NCBI GenBank assembly: GCA_900234795.1
Contig: LT962688.1
Coordinates: 120,001 to 152,000, forward strand
DNA: 32,000 nt
Direction of reading: 5' to 3'
Source of the DNA: Methylorubrum extorquens
GTDB taxonomy: Bacteria; Pseudomonadota; Alphaproteobacteria; Rhizobiales; Beijerinckiaceae
Positions 1 to 9,057 of the stretch are shown in pieces. Each line of letters opens with the position of its first letter. Within the stretch, counting starts at the first letter, position 1. Made by a program: the position numbers and the translations under genes. The notes below the pieces were generated by a model that worked only from the letters and a program-made list of their open reading frames with translations, searched no databases and was not told the origin of the DNA.

Positions 1-478
1 ATGCTTCTTCGTGGCCGGCATCGAGATGGATCACGTCGGCGGTCACACCGCGCAGGCGCATCAGCTCGGCGGCATTCACCGAATCGAGCGGCAGCGGCAC
101 CACCCGCTCGGCAAGTCCTTCGTGCAGAACATTGGCCAGGAAGGTGCGGTAGAGGCTGGGAAAGCCGTGCTCGGTGGCAAGTTCGGTGAAGAGGCTTTCG
201 TCCATCCAGTGATCGACGGCGCCGAGCCAGGTATCGACCGCGACGACGGTGCCGTCGATCCCGTGCTCGGCCATCGTGCGAGCGAGGTAGAGCGCGCTCG
301 CTCCCTTCCAGGTGCCGATCTCGACGACCACGCCGGGGCGGTGCTGGATCACCGCCTCCTCAAGATACGGGTGAACGCTGCGCCAGCCCTGAAGGTCGAG
401 GGACCGCAAGGTGTTTGGGGGATCGGCGAAGGGATCGCGGCCGTGCCAGAGAGCGGCGATGATGTCCTGTCGGGTCAT
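1..478 (-). CDS. class I SAM-dependent methyltransferase (Methyltransf_24 / CmcI-TylF-like); C-terminus lies beyond the left edge
   Basis: It is absent from the ORF track because no stop codon falls inside the window. My minus-strand translation from the ATG at 478-476 reads MTRQDIIAALWHGRDPF...RPGVVVEIGTWKGASALYLARTM...VVAVDTWLG...DVIHLDAGHEE. This contains a glycine-rich SAM loop and uses GC3-rich codons. It is the last gene of the minus-strand GT operon. Confidence 0.75.
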   Translation of the reverse strand, partial: MTRQDIIAALWHGRDPFADPPNTLRSLDLQGWRSVHPYLEEAVIQHRPGVVVEIGTWKGASALYLARTMAEHGIDGTVVAVDTWLGAVDHWMDESLFTELATEHGFPSLYRTFLANVLHEGLAERVVPLPLDSVNAAELMRLRGVTADVIHLDAGHEEA

Positions 479-523
479 GTCTTCGGCTCGGGAGAGAGGC
501 GGGGGATCAACAGGAGGCAGGGT

Positions 524-1579
524 TCAGCCGGCACAGGCCCCTGCGTAGAGGGCCTCGCAGCGGTCGAGCCATAAGTCGCGGGTGAACAGGCGGCGGACAC
601 GCGCATGCGGCACCGTGCGGGGGATCGTCAGCGCCGTGCCGATCGCCTGCGCGAGGGCGGCCTCGTCCTCAGGTGGAACGAGGCAGCCTGCCTCGCCGAC
701 GACCTCTGCAGCCGCGCCCGTGGCGAAGCCGGCCACCGGCAGGCCGCAGGCCATCGCCTCGACCGTCACCAGCCCGAACGGTTCGTCCCAGCACGGCGTG
801 AACAGGAAGACGGAGGCGCGGCCGATCTCCTGCGCCAGCGCCGGGCCGCCGAGATGGCCGCCGTAACGGATCGGGCCGCCGATGAGCGGGGCCACCTGCG
901 TCTCCCAGTAGTCAGGCTCCTCGATCGGACCGAACAGGGTAAGGGGCAGGCCGGCCCGCTGCGCGGCTCGAACGGCGAGATGCGTCCCCTTGATCGGCGC
1001 GACGCGCCCGCACCAGACGGCACTGCCGTCGCCGTGCGCTTGATAGGGCCAAAGCGCGGGATCGATCCCGTTATGCAGCACCGAGACCTCGGGCGGAGCC
1101 CCGTCCGGCCACCAAGCCTGGGCCTGCGCCCGCGAGGTCACGGTGATCCGGTGACCGGGGGTGACACTGTCGTGCACGCACCATCGCAGGGCGTCGTAGG
1201 GCGGGACGTGCAGCGAGGTCACCGTCGGCACGGCGCCTGTGCGGCGGCGCTCGAGCGGCAGCCGGCTGAGGCTGTTGTTGTGCAGCACGTCGAAGCCACC
1301 GGCCGCGATCCGGTCGCAAGCGGCGGCGTAGCCCGAATCGACATGCGCCTTCAGCCCCGGATCGCCCCGGTGCTCCAGTCCCGGAAAACTCCGCTCGTGA
1401 TGAACCGGGATCACCGGGTCGATCGAAAAGCGCGGGTCGCTGTCGCCGGCGGCGAACAGCACGACCTCGTGGCCACGCGCCGTCAGCCCCTCCGCGAGGT
1501 GCCAGGTATAGGCTTCCAGCCCGCCGGCGAAGGGCGGGGCGATCGGGTGGCGCAGATGGGCAAGGAGCGCAATCCTCAC
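524..1579 (-). CDS. glycosyltransferase family 4 (GT-B fold)
   Basis: 351-aa ORF. The N-terminus MRIALLAHL...FAGGLEAYTWHLAEGLTARGHEVVLFA and the C-terminal EPFGLVTVEAMACGLPV motif are typical of GT4. Its GTG start overlaps the upstream stop (GTGA at 1576-1579). Confidence 0.85.
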   Translation of the reverse strand: MRIALLAHLRHPIAPPFAGGLEAYTWHLAEGLTARGHEVVLFAAGDSDPRFSIDPVIPVHHERSFPGLEHRGDPGLKAHVDSGYAAACDRIAAGGFDVLHNNSLSRLPLERRRTGAVPTVTSLHVPPYDALRWCVHDSVTPGHRITVTSRAQAQAWWPDGAPPEVSVLHNGIDPALWPYQAHGDGSAVWCGRVAPIKGTHLAVRAAQRAGLPLTLFGPIEEPDYWETQVAPLIGGPIRYGGHLGGPALAQEIGRASVFLFTPCWDEPFGLVTVEAMACGLPVAGFATGAAAEVVGEAGCLVPPEDEAALAQAIGTALTIPRTVPHARVRRLFTRDLWLDRCEALYAGACAG

Positions 1580-2517
1580 GCCGTCACCGGCACGGAGGCC
1601 GGTGGCACGTTCCGTTCGCGTGCGCGGGCTTCCAGATGCCGGATGACCGAGGCGGAGTTGGTGTAGGGCTGGTGGCTCTGCTGCCCGGTCAGCGCGAGAT
1701 CTTCAGCGTCGGGCCGGCGCAGGATGCGGATCGGCTGCTCCGGCGTGTCGTCGATCAGGCCCATCACCTTGAAGGCGTGAAGCCAGTGGCCCATGGTGCG
1801 GTAGCCCCATTTGGCCTCGAACAGCTCGGCGTTGCGCACCACGCTGTCGAGGTGGTGGATCGGTGGCATGTGGTGCGGGTGGTACTGGTGATAGGCCAGC
1901 GCGCCCTTCATCCAGGCGATCGGAAGACCGCACTGGTCGAGGATCTTGCCGAAATCGGTGTCCTCGCCGCCATAGCCGGTATAGCGCTCGTCGAAGCCGC
2001 CGACCGCCTGGAACGTCGCGCGCCGGATCGCGAAGTTGAGCGACCAGAAGCAGCGGTAATCGTTGCAGATCTCGATGCCCGCAGCCGGCGGACCGCGGCG
2101 GTCGGAATGCTTTTCCGCGACCGCTGCGAGGTCGGCGTAGCGCCAGTCGCCCGTGGTGGCGTGCTCGGGCAGGTGCAGCACTTCGCCCATCAGCAGACCG
2201 TCGAGTTCGGACAGCGCCCGTGCATAGTCGGCCACGAGGTCGGGCGCCGGGATGCAATCGACGTCGAGGAAGACGATGTTCTCTCCGGTCGCCGCGGCCA
2301 CGCCGCAGTTGCGCGCGGCCGCGAGCGGTAGCTCAGTGCCCGACACCAGGATCTGGCGGACCGGAAAGGCGGTCTCGGGCAAGTCGTAGGGCGCGTCCTG
2401 CATGACGGCGATGATGAATTCGGCGGGCGGCCGCGTCTGGCGTTCCAGCCCGAGGAGGACGTTGCGCAGATGGGCGGGCCGTCCTTTGGCCAGGGTGACG
2501 ACGGAAACGGTGGACAT
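1576..2517 (-). CDS. glycosyltransferase family 2 (GT-A, galactosyltransferase-C-terminal-like subgroup)
   Basis: 313-aa ORF with VSVVTLAKGRPAHLRNVLLGLERQT, a DxD-type FLDVDCIP motif and GGFDERYTGYGGEDTDFG. It is a paralog of the disrupted gene at 3783-4675. Confidence 0.85.
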   Translation of the reverse strand: MSTVSVVTLAKGRPAHLRNVLLGLERQTRPPAEFIIAVMQDAPYDLPETAFPVRQILVSGTELPLAAARNCGVAAATGENIVFLDVDCIPAPDLVADYARALSELDGLLMGEVLHLPEHATTGDWRYADLAAVAEKHSDRRGPPAAGIEICNDYRCFWSLNFAIRRATFQAVGGFDERYTGYGGEDTDFGKILDQCGLPIAWMKGALAYHQYHPHHMPPIHHLDSVVRNAELFEAKWGYRTMGHWLHAFKVMGLIDDTPEQPIRILRRPDAEDLALTGQQSHQPYTNSASVIRHLEARARERNVPPASVPVTA

Positions 2518-2566
2518 GCGGGGGGACAGGCTCCGGCAATCGGGAATGTAAATCGGGGCGGTTCGC

Positions 2567-3718
2567 TCAGCCGGCGGCGACGACGCGCAGCGGCGTGGCG
2601 TCCGGCTCCTGCACGGCCGATCCGCCTTGCCAGAGCGCGTCGGTCAGCCCTTCCAGCCAGCCCGCCGCGCGCGTGGCGGCGTCCGGTGCGTAGAGGCTGC
2701 GCAGGATGGTCCCGTCGAGGCTGCGGGCGCGGTCGAGAAGCTCGCGCCATCCGTGAAAGTCGCCGGGCCAATGGGGCGCCTGCACAGCGGCGCCGAGGCG
2801 GACCAGAGCCTCGGCCTTGCGGGTCTGCTCGCCGAAATAGCGCCATTCCGGCATGACGATCAGGCGCCCCGCCACGCGCGCGACTTCGTGCACCGTGTTG
2901 TCGCCGGCCGAGGCGACCACGATGTCGGCCGCCGCGAGATAGTCGGTGACCGACGGCACCCAGCCGAGTTCGCGCAGGTTGGCGAAGTCGGTCTCGTGGC
3001 CCTCGCGGTGGGTCGGACCCAGCGTCAGCCAGAGTGCGTCGGGCGCGGCGCGGGCGGCGACCGTCAGCGGCGCGTAGGGTGTGCCGCTTCCCCCGCCGCC
3101 GGTGACCGCGACGACGATCTCGCGCTGCGGGTCGAGGCCGAGCCGGGCCCGCGCCTCGGCGCGATCCGGCACGCGATCGACGCTGGTGCAGAGCCCGCCG
3201 CTATAGAAGGTCTTATCCCGCAGATGCGCCGGGTAGTCGTCCTGCTCCAGCCGCTCGTCGAAGGGGGCGAGCATCCCGACGCAGGCCTCGTAGGCGCCAA
3301 TATGGGCGATGTCGTTGCGGTCGCCATGCATGCGGATCTGGACGGCGGGGACGCTGGCGATGCGCGCGAGCATCGCGATCTCCGCCGACACGTCGACCAC
3401 GAACAGCCCGACCGCGCGCTCGTCGAGATGGTCGAGGATCTGGCGCATGGTGCGACGCATTTCGGCGAGCCCCAGCGGCACGCAGTGCATCACCGGCGGC
3501 GTCGGCTCCGCGTAGAGACGTGGGGTGGGCACCGCCGCGCCGATCATGTTCGGCAGCGTCACGATCTCGATGTCGCGGGAAAATCCGTCGAACAGGTGCG
3601 GGCCGGCGGTCAGCACCGAGACCGGACGGTCGCGGGCGAACTCGGCAGCCACCGCCATAGTGCGGTTGGCATGGCCCCGGCCCTGATGATGGACAAAGAA
3701 CGCGATCGGTTTCTTCAT
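2567..3718 (-). CDS. GT-B glycosyltransferase, MurG/GT28-like
   Basis: I placed the start at the internal ATG at 3718 (MKKPIAFFVHHQGRGHANRTMAVAAEF), the G-rich N-terminal loop seen in MurG/MGDG-synthase-like enzymes. The C-terminal half contains VAVTGGGGSG...VVASAGDNTVHE. The longer 417-aa ORF adds a low-complexity leader. Confidence 0.7.
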   Translation of the reverse strand: MKKPIAFFVHHQGRGHANRTMAVAAEFARDRPVSVLTAGPHLFDGFSRDIEIVTLPNMIGAAVPTPRLYAEPTPPVMHCVPLGLAEMRRTMRQILDHLDERAVGLFVVDVSAEIAMLARIASVPAVQIRMHGDRNDIAHIGAYEACVGMLAPFDERLEQDDYPAHLRDKTFYSGGLCTSVDRVPDRAEARARLGLDPQREIVVAVTGGGGSGTPYAPLTVAARAAPDALWLTLGPTHREGHETDFANLRELGWVPSVTDYLAAADIVVASAGDNTVHEVARVAGRLIVMPEWRYFGEQTRKAEALVRLGAAVQAPHWPGDFHGWRELLDRARSLDGTILRSLYAPDAATRAAGWLEGLTDALWQGGSAVQEPDATPLRVVAAG

Positions 3719-3782
3719 GGCGCGTGGTTTCGAGGCTCGGATCGGGAGAAATCGAAGGCGAAGGGGCAAAGCGACGAGACGA

Positions 3783-4675
3783 CTAGGAGAAGAGGGCCTG
3801 AGGCCGTAGGGCGGCAGCAATCTCGGGCGCGCTCGGCTGGCGCAGGACGCGGATCGCCGCGGCCTCGGTATCCCAGGCGATCAATCCGGCCGCGCGGAAC
3901 TGTTCGAGCCAGTACGTCATGCACCAGCGCCCGTGCCGCGCGTGGAAGCGCGTCGCGTTGGCGAGGATCGGCGCGAAGTGCTGGAGCGGCGGCACGTGGA
4001 CCGGGTGGTGCTGGTGATAGGCCCGCGCGCCCGCGACCCAGAAGGTCGGTAGCCCGGACCCCCGCGAGGCGCGCGGCAAGATCCGTCTCCTCGCCGCCAT
4101 AGCCGACGTAACGCTCATCCATGCCGCCGACCGCGTGCCACGCCTCGGCGGGCAGGGCGAAGGACAGGCCCCAAAGCTGCCCCGCATCGGGCTCTCGCCG
4201 CAGCCCGGTCTCGGGCAGGGGAGGCCGCGCCGGATGAGCGCGGCCGAGCCGGTCGAGCGCGGCGGGATCGGGGGCCGTGCCGCCCACGATCGCATCCGGC
4301 GGCAGGTAGAGGACTTCGCCGAGGAACAGGCCCCCGCTCCGCGGCGGCAGCGTCCGCATAGGCGGCCACCAGAGTCGGACCCGGGATACAATCCACGTCG
4401 AGGAAGACGAGGAGGTTTCCGGAGGCCGCGGCCGCTGCCCGGTTGCGCGCGGCGGCAAGCGGCATCGGCTCGCCGGGCACGTGGAGGTGGCACACCGGGC
4501 AGCCGGGATCAGGCAGGTCGGGCGCCGGTTCCGGCTGCATCCAGGCGATCACCAGTTCGCGCGGGCGCAGGGTCTGGCGGGCGAGCCCACGCATCAGGTT
4601 GCGCAGGCGATCGGCCCGGCCGCGGACCAGGGTGAGCACGCTCGGCGCTGGACGAGGAACTGCGTTGCCGGTCAC
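3783..4675 (-). pseudogene. glycosyltransferase family 2 paralog, broken by two +1 frameshifts as sequenced
   Basis: Three ORF fragments in three frames tile colinearly onto the 313-aa GT2 at 1576-2517. The 4675 frame gives ...LVFLDVDCIPGPTLVAAYADAAAAERG. The 4458 frame gives GLFLGEVLYLPP...GGMDERYVGYGGEETDLAARLAG. The 4493 frame gives SGLPTFWVAGARAYHQHHPVHVPP...RVLRQP. The frame breaks coincide with C5 runs at 4331-4335 and 4059-4063. Confidence 0.8.
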
Positions 4676-4696
4676 GTGGACACGCCGAAGCGGAGG

Positions 4697-6751
4697 CTAC
4701 GACGCATAGGCCAGCGCTCGGCGGAAATGCAGGACGCCTTCGATGATGCCGCGGGCATGCGAAGTGCGGGCGACGTAGGAGTGCTTGAGCGCGGCGTTGG
4801 TGGCCAGCCCGTCGGAGTAGTTCGCGACGATGATCGCCTGCGTCCGGGCGCGCAGCATCTCGACGTCGTTGCCGGAATCACCGGCCACGAACACGGCCTG
4901 CTCGGGCAACCCGTAGAGGGCGCGGACGTGATCGACCGCCGTCCCCTTCGAGGCCGTCGCGGGCAAGACGTCGAGGTAGCGGCCGTGGCTGTGGATCACG
5001 TTCGCCGGGAGGCCCGCCTGCACGAGGCTATCGCGCACCCGATGGGCCGCGGCCTCGTCGCCGAAGAAGCTCAGCTTGTGCGCGCGCTGCTCGAGGGGGC
5101 CCTGCGGGACGAGCCCGTCGAGACGGCTCAAAGCCGCGCCGACCGCCCCCCGGTCCCAGGCGTTCGAGACCGCCTCGCGCCACGCGGCGTCGGCCGTGTA
5201 GGTCACGCCGTTGGCATCGAGATGGTAGATCTCCGAGCCGACCGAGGTGATCATCACCTGCGGTCGCGGGCTCGCCTGCTGCTCCAGGACCGCCATCGCG
5301 CTGTGGAAGGAACGGCCGGTGGCGACGCCGAAGGCCAGCCCGGTCTGGCGGCTGCGCCAGCGCCGGAACGTCGCCAGCGCGGACTCACATCCCACGAGCG
5401 TGTTGTCGATATCGCAGATCAGGAGTTGGCGCGGGGTCCGCAGGGGCGGGTTCCGCACGAGCAGCGCGCCGAGGAGGTCATGATAGCGGGCGGCGTGCCG
5501 GTCCCAATCGTAGGCGGCCGCCGCGCGGGCGCCGCCGGCGACGCAGCGGGCGCGAAAGGGGGCATCCGTGAGGATGTGCAGGCAGGCGGCGGCGATCGTC
5601 GCGGGCGCACGCGGATCGACGAGCAGCCCGTTGCCGCAGGTCTCGACGATGTCGTTGGGGCCGCCGCTGTCGGTGGCCACCAGCGGCAGGCCGGCGGCGG
5701 ACGCCTCCAGAAGCGTGAGGCCGAACGGCTCGTTGAGGGCCGGGTTGACGAAGACGCCGCCCCGTTCCCGCGCATAGGCGTAGATCGCCGGCACGTCCTC
5801 CGGTCGGTGCGTCTTCGGATAGGCAACGCGGCCGTAGAGGTCGTAACGGTCGATGAGCACGAGGAGGTCGCGCATGGTCGCCGCCATGTCGCCGTCGAGG
5901 CGGTCGATGTCGTCACGGGTGCCGGCAACGATGACGAGGTTGGCGCAGGCCTGAAGCTCCGGGCTCTCGCCATAGGCCTGAACCAGGGCCGCCAGATTCT
6001 TCCGTGCCACCGGCCGGGCCAGCGCCAGCACGGCCGGCTTGCCGGGATCGTGCAGGAACCGGTCGATCGCCGCGTCGATCCGGGGATGCGGGCGGCTCTG
6101 CGCGAAGCGGGCGAGATCGCTGCCCGGCGGCAGGACACGGGCGCGGCCGGGATCGTAGGCGGCATAGCCGGCATATTGCACCTCGGCCTCGTCGCGCGAC
6201 GAAGCGATGACGAGGCTCGCCCGCGCCAGGGCCGCCTCCTCGGTGACGATCCGGCGCGACAGTTCGAGGTCGTTCGCGGCGCCGTCGCCGACCATCGCCG
6301 CCTTCACTCGCCCGAGCGAATGGGCCGTGAACACAAAGGGGATGCCGAGCCGCTCCTCGACGATCTCCGCGACCGCGGCGGCATCCGCGTAATGCGCGTG
6401 GATGATGTCGGGCGCACGGGGCTGGCGGCCGATCCAAGCGACGAGATTCTCGGCATAGCTCTCGACCTCACCGTGCATCGCCTCCTTCGAACGGTAGCCC
6501 GGAGACGCGCTCGCGAGCCGCACGAGCGCGACCTTGTCGGAGATCCGCTCTTCGGGCACGGCGTAGTCGGGGCCGGGCGGGCCCTCGAACCGACGGGTCG
6601 CCATCACGATCCGCGCGATTCGCGAGTCTTGGGCCGAGGCGGCGACGAGATCGAGCAGGTATCGGATATGCCCGCCAGTGTCCGAGGTCAGGCCATACAC
6701 GACGTCACGGCCGCGCAGGCAGCCTTGTAGAGCAATGTGCAGAACGAACAT
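4697..6751 (-). CDS. bifunctional sucrose-phosphate synthase-like GT4 / HAD-IIB sucrose-phosphatase-like protein
   Basis: I placed the start at the ATG at 6751 (MFVLHIALQGCLRGRDVVYGLTSDTGGHIRYLLDLV). The central region has FVNPALNEPFGLTLLEASAAGLPLVAT. The C-terminal HAD domain has LLICDIDNTLVG...GDSGNDVEML. By eye I cannot separate sucrose-P specificity from mannosylfructose-P specificity. Confidence 0.85.
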   Translation of the reverse strand: MFVLHIALQGCLRGRDVVYGLTSDTGGHIRYLLDLVAASAQDSRIARIVMATRRFEGPPGPDYAVPEERISDKVALVRLASASPGYRSKEAMHGEVESYAENLVAWIGRQPRAPDIIHAHYADAAAVAEIVEERLGIPFVFTAHSLGRVKAAMVGDGAANDLELSRRIVTEEAALARASLVIASSRDEAEVQYAGYAAYDPGRARVLPPGSDLARFAQSRPHPRIDAAIDRFLHDPGKPAVLALARPVARKNLAALVQAYGESPELQACANLVIVAGTRDDIDRLDGDMAATMRDLLVLIDRYDLYGRVAYPKTHRPEDVPAIYAYARERGGVFVNPALNEPFGLTLLEASAAGLPLVATDSGGPNDIVETCGNGLLVDPRAPATIAAACLHILTDAPFRARCVAGGARAAAAYDWDRHAARYHDLLGALLVRNPPLRTPRQLLICDIDNTLVGCESALATFRRWRSRQTGLAFGVATGRSFHSAMAVLEQQASPRPQVMITSVGSEIYHLDANGVTYTADAAWREAVSNAWDRGAVGAALSRLDGLVPQGPLEQRAHKLSFFGDEAAAHRVRDSLVQAGLPANVIHSHGRYLDVLPATASKGTAVDHVRALYGLPEQAVFVAGDSGNDVEMLRARTQAIIVANYSDGLATNAALKHSYVARTSHARGIIEGVLHFRRALAYAS

Positions 6752-6808
6752 CAGGCGTTCGTCGTGCCGAGACGATCGAAGCTGGATGTATTGAGTAAGG
6801 TGCAACAC

Positions 6809-7853
6809 GTGATACGCGTCGCCCAAGTCGCTCCGAACATTTTCCCCCGTTCCCCCCGAACACCATGGCGGCACCGAGAGGATCGTGCACGATCTGTCCG
6901 TGGCGCTGCGAAGCTTAGGTATAGACGTAACGCTGTTCGCCTCTTCGGACAGTGCGACAGACTTGCCGCGCGTCGGCGATCATCCGAGCCTTGCGGCTCT
7001 GCAACATCGGAACCGGCAGGTCCCCCCCCCCGGGGTTCCAGCGGTCCTCGACGCGTTGCAACTGGAAGCTTTGCGCCAGCGGCTCGACCGCTTCGACATC
7101 GTGCATTGTCATGGCGAGTTCGCCCATGCGGCGCTGCTGGGCCCGCGCCGGCGGCAGAGCCTGACGACGGTGCACTGGCGGGTGGACGAACTCGACCGGG
7201 CGCTGTTCTTCGCTGGCTTCCCCGATCTGCCAGTTGCGGCGATCTCGGCGGCGCAGGAGGCCGGCATCCCGGCCTCGAACCGGGCGGGCGTTGTGCATCA
7301 CGGGATCGCCAGGGACCGTTACACGTTCCGGCCCGAGCCCGGCGCGCATGTCGCCTTCGTCGGCCGGATGACCGACCAGAAGCGCCCGGACACCGCGATC
7401 CGCGTCGCCCGCGCCGCCGGCCTGCGGATCCGGCTCGGCGGCACGATCGATGTCGGCAATCCGGACTATTTCGAGCGGAGCGTGCGTCCCTTGCTCGGGC
7501 CCGACGCGACCTATCTCGGGCCCGTCGACGATCGGGCGAAAGGCGATCTGCTCGGCGGCGCGCGGGCGCTGCTGTTCCCGATCGATTGGCCCGAGCCGTT
7601 CGGCCTCGTGATGATCGAGGCCATGGCCTGCGGCACGCCGGTGATCGCCTGGAATCGCGGCTCGGTGCCCGAGATCGTCGAGGAGGGTGTGACCGGCTTC
7701 ATCGTTGCCTCGGAGGCCGAAGCGGTCGCGGCGGTGGACCGGATCGGGCAGCTCGACCGCGCGGTGGTGCGCCGCCGCTTCGAGGAGCGGTTCACCGCCG
7801 AGCGCATGGCGCGCGACTACATCGCCCTCTACCGCCGCCTGCTCGCCGCCTGA
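6809..7853 (+). CDS. glycosyltransferase family 4; N-terminus frameshifted as sequenced (intact ORF begins only at GTG 6885)
   Basis: The 6885-7853 ORF has a GT4 C-terminus (LLFPIDWPEPFGLVMIEAMACGTPVIA) but starts inside the conserved PVPPxxYGGTER motif. The preceding codons in the same frame read FSPVPPEHHGGTERIV and have no start. The +2 frame reads V-IRVAQVAPNIFP from GTG 6809, which has AAGG 8 nt upstream. Removing one base from the T4/C5 runs at 6840-6848 joins them as IRVAQVAPNIFPVPPEHHGGTERIVHDL. Confidence 0.75.
7022..7031 (+). repeat. C10 homopolymer inside the GT4 coding sequence, followed by G4
   Basis: Direct reading gives ...caggt cccccccccc gggg ttcca..., encoding V-P-P-P-G in the frame of the 6885-7853 ORF. 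It is by far the longest homopolymer I found in the window; all others are 6 nt or shorter. Confidence 0.9.
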
Positions 7854-9037
7854 TGCGCACCGCGCTTCTGGCCTGGGACTATCCGCCGGCGCCGAGCGGC
7901 CTCTCGACGGCGGCGCGCGAGATTGCCGAGAGCCTCGCCGCGGCCGGCGCCGAGGTGACCGTCTTCACCCTCGACCGTACCGGCCGCGAACGGGTCGGCG
8001 GCGTCACGGTCGAAGGGCTCGCCCTGCCGCCCGGCGGCGGCCTGGCGCGCCTGCGCCTGTGGGGCTCGGCCGGGCATGGGGCCGCGCCGCTCGTGTTTCG
8101 GCGGGCTGTCCTGGCCGCCCATGCCCGAGCGCCCTTCGACGTCATCGAGGCGACGAACTGGTACGCGCCTGCCGTGCTGCTCGCCCGCCGTCGCGACCTG
8201 CCGCTGGTGACGCGCAGCTCGACCCCGGCCGCCTTCACCCGTGGGCCCGGCGCCACCCTGCGCGACCGCCTCGACGGCCGTACGGCCGATGCGCTGGAGC
8301 GTGCCCAGGCACGGAGCAGCGCCGGCCTCATCGCCAACACGGCCGAGCACGGGGCGGTGATCGCGCGGGCTTATCGCCTTTCCGGGCGGCAACCCTCCGC
8401 CGTGATCGGCCTCAGCCTGCCGCCGGAGATTTGTTCGAGCGCCCGCGCCGCGCCCTATCGGGAGACGGATGCCCCCCTGCGCCTGCTCTTCGTCGGGCGG
8501 GCGGAGGCGCGCAAAGGGTTCGACGCGCTGCTCGCCGCCGTCGCGATCCTTGCCGCGGAGCAGGAGGCCGGCGCCCTGCCGCCGTTCCGGCTCGACCTTG
8601 TCGGAGTGCCGCCGAACGACCTGCCGCCGGATCTGCCCGACGCCGCGCGGCAGCGCATCTCTGCCCGCGGCCGGATCGATGCGGCGGCGCTAGCGCAGGC
8701 CTATGCGGACGCCCACACGGTGCTTGCGCCATCGCGCTACGAGAGCTTCGGCCTCGTCTACCAGGAGGCCATGGCCTATGGCCGGCCGGTGGTGGCCTGT
8801 GCGGAGGATGCCAGCGCCCGCGCCTTCGTCGGCGCGTCCGGGGCGGGCCCCCTGGCGCAGGCCGCCACCGGGCCGGCGCTCGCGGATGCCCTGCGCCCGC
8901 TCCTCTTCGATCCCGGCCTGCGCCGCGCCTACCGCATGCGGGCCCTGGCGGCGGCCGGGCGCTTCGACAGAGCGAGCCTCGGGCGCGAGACCCTGGCGCT
9001 CTACGAGGCTGCGATCGCGGCGGCACGACGCGGGTGA
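7853..9037 (+). CDS. glycosyltransferase family 4
   Basis: The ATG at 7853 overlaps the upstream stop (TGATG). The sequence reads MRTALLAWDYPPAPSGLSTAAREIAESLAAAGAEVTVFT...LLFVGRAEARKGFD...APSRYESFGLVYQEAMAYGRPVVA. It is the second half of the artefactual 766-aa ORF 6737-9037. Confidence 0.85.
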   Translation: MRTALLAWDYPPAPSGLSTAAREIAESLAAAGAEVTVFTLDRTGRERVGGVTVEGLALPPGGGLARLRLWGSAGHGAAPLVFRRAVLAAHARAPFDVIEATNWYAPAVLLARRRDLPLVTRSSTPAAFTRGPGATLRDRLDGRTADALERAQARSSAGLIANTAEHGAVIARAYRLSGRQPSAVIGLSLPPEICSSARAAPYRETDAPLRLLFVGRAEARKGFDALLAAVAILAAEQEAGALPPFRLDLVGVPPNDLPPDLPDAARQRISARGRIDAAALAQAYADAHTVLAPSRYESFGLVYQEAMAYGRPVVACAEDASARAFVGASGAGPLAQAATGPALADALRPLLFDPGLRRAYRMRALAAAGRFDRASLGRETLALYEAAIAAARRG

Positions 9038-9057
9038 TCGGCGGTGCCGGCAAAAAT

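Noticed and set aside
4481-6730. 749-aa plus-strand ORF
   Set aside because: It is antisense to the SPS/SPP-like gene. Its composition is Arg/Gly/Ala-rich with no recognisable motifs, which is the typical shadow ORF of a high-GC gene.
6737-9037. 766-aa plus-strand ORF
   Set aside because: It is a chimeric reading. The first roughly 370 codons are an out-of-frame read of the GT4 gene at 6885-7853 (Arg/Pro-rich nonsense). Only the part from ATG 7853 is a real GT4 protein.
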